Assembly (NCBI GenBank): GCA_963811545.1
Contig: CAWERT010000014.1
Span: 62,635-126,634, forward strand
Direction: 5' to 3'
DNA: 64,000 bases
From: an uncultured Verrucomicrobiae bacterium
GTDB lineage: Bacteria; Verrucomicrobiota; Verrucomicrobiia; Chthoniobacterales; SZAS-18
The notes under the pieces are model-generated. The model was not told where the DNA came from. It searched no databases and saw only the letters and a program-made list of their open reading frames with translations. Each line of letters begins with the position of its first letter. Position 1 is the stretch's first letter. The translations under genes were made by a program, and so were the position numbers. Positions 63,368 through 64,000 of the stretch are shown here, in pieces.

Positions 63368-64000
63368 TTGGAACTGAACATCGTCGCCCCGTCCTTTGAC
63401 CCGGCCACGGTCGGCGGGGCCGGCACGGCGATGGTCGAGCTGATCAGGGAGTTTCTGCGCAAGGAACCGGCGACGCGGATCTTCTTGAATCCTCGCACCG
63501 CGGAACTTTATCCCGAGTGGTCGTCCGCCATCGTGGAAGTGCCTACCGGCTCGCACCCGGGATCGCGCCCGCCGGCGCTCTCGCTGCTTCAAACTGCAAT
63601 TCCTCGGCTCACCGGCCCTGCCGCGCACCGGCACGTGTTGGTTCCCGTTTGGCTTTATGACGCCATCGAATTGGCAGAGGCAGCGGGGTGGCGACGATCT
63701 ACGACACCTTGGAGTGGGACCTGCCGCATTGCCTGTCGGCTTCGCAGCGCGCTTTTCGCCGCTGGATCGTCCGGCGCACCACCAAAACTGCGAGCGCCAT
63801 CACGGCCTCGGAATTTTCCCGCGGTCAAATCCGTCGCCACTACGGCGTGGACGCTTCGGTCATTCCTCTGGCGCCGATTCCTCTGCCCGCGCCGTCGCGC
63901 GCAAAGGTTCCATCCAAACCGTATGTGTTTTTTCCCGCCAATGCCTGGCCGCACAAAAACCATCGGTTCCTCCTCGAGACCTGGCTCGCGAATCCCGCCC
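63368..64000 (+). CDS. group-1 (GT4) glycosyltransferase, partial at the window end, one frameshift near 63690
   Basis: LNIVAPSFDPATVGGAGTAMVELIREFL, then (shifted) VATIYDTLEWDLPHCLSASQRAFRRWIVRRTTKTASAITASEFSRGQIRRHYGVD...KPYVFFPANAWPHKNHRFLLE. Confidence 0.65.
   Translation, partial: MELNIVAPSFDPATVGGAGTAMVELIREFLRKEPATRIFLNPRTAELYPEWSSAIVEVPTGSHPGSRPPALSLLQTAIPRLTGPAAHRHVLVPVWLYDAIELAEAAGWRRSTTPWSGTCRIACRLRSALFAAGSSGAPPKLRAPSRPRNFPAVKSVATTAWTLRSFLWRRFLCPRRRAQRFHPNRMCFFPPMPGRTKTIGSSSRPGSRIPP

Overview
High-GC bacterial chromosomal segment. Hand counts of sampled 60-nt lines give about 70% G+C in core genes. Gene content and the short-repeat families resemble Verrucomicrobiota (Opitutaceae-like), but that is a memory-based guess and is unverified. 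I can support about 55 protein-coding loci, two tRNAs (Gln-CTG at 21848-21921 and Gly-GCC at 39615-39689, both minus strand), a TPP riboswitch upstream of thiC, two clean intrinsic terminators, and about 20 composite palindromic repeat elements filling the intergenic gaps. Housekeeping content includes thiC, glnD, nuoB/nuoC, a recD2-like helicase, Fe/Mn SOD, thrC, a phosphohexomutase, trpC, pheT, carA, murA, prmC and leuC/leuD, with a glycosyltransferase cluster at the 3' end. Five points stand out. (1) Roughly half of the CDS are broken by 1-nt indels, including essential biosynthetic genes. Every indel I could localise sits in a homopolymer run, so sequencing or assembly error is more likely than real pseudogenisation. 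(2) A lower-GC three-gene islet at 14.3-17.8 kb encodes a Cys/His nuclease-fold-like protein, a GHKL ATPase and a small TM protein. It abuts a decayed second copy of the thiC 3' end and is my best candidate for an undescribed defence-like or mobile module. (3) The intergenic repeats form a modular family of nested palindromes, and one copy sits in frame inside thiC. (4) A segmental duplication of about 420-440 bp has replaced the C-terminus of an isochorismatase-family gene with the tail of a VOC gene. (5) A LssY-like / PLD / MsbA-like ABC gene string has no stop codon between the ABC and PLD reading frames. All homology calls come from motif recognition by eye; no searches were run.
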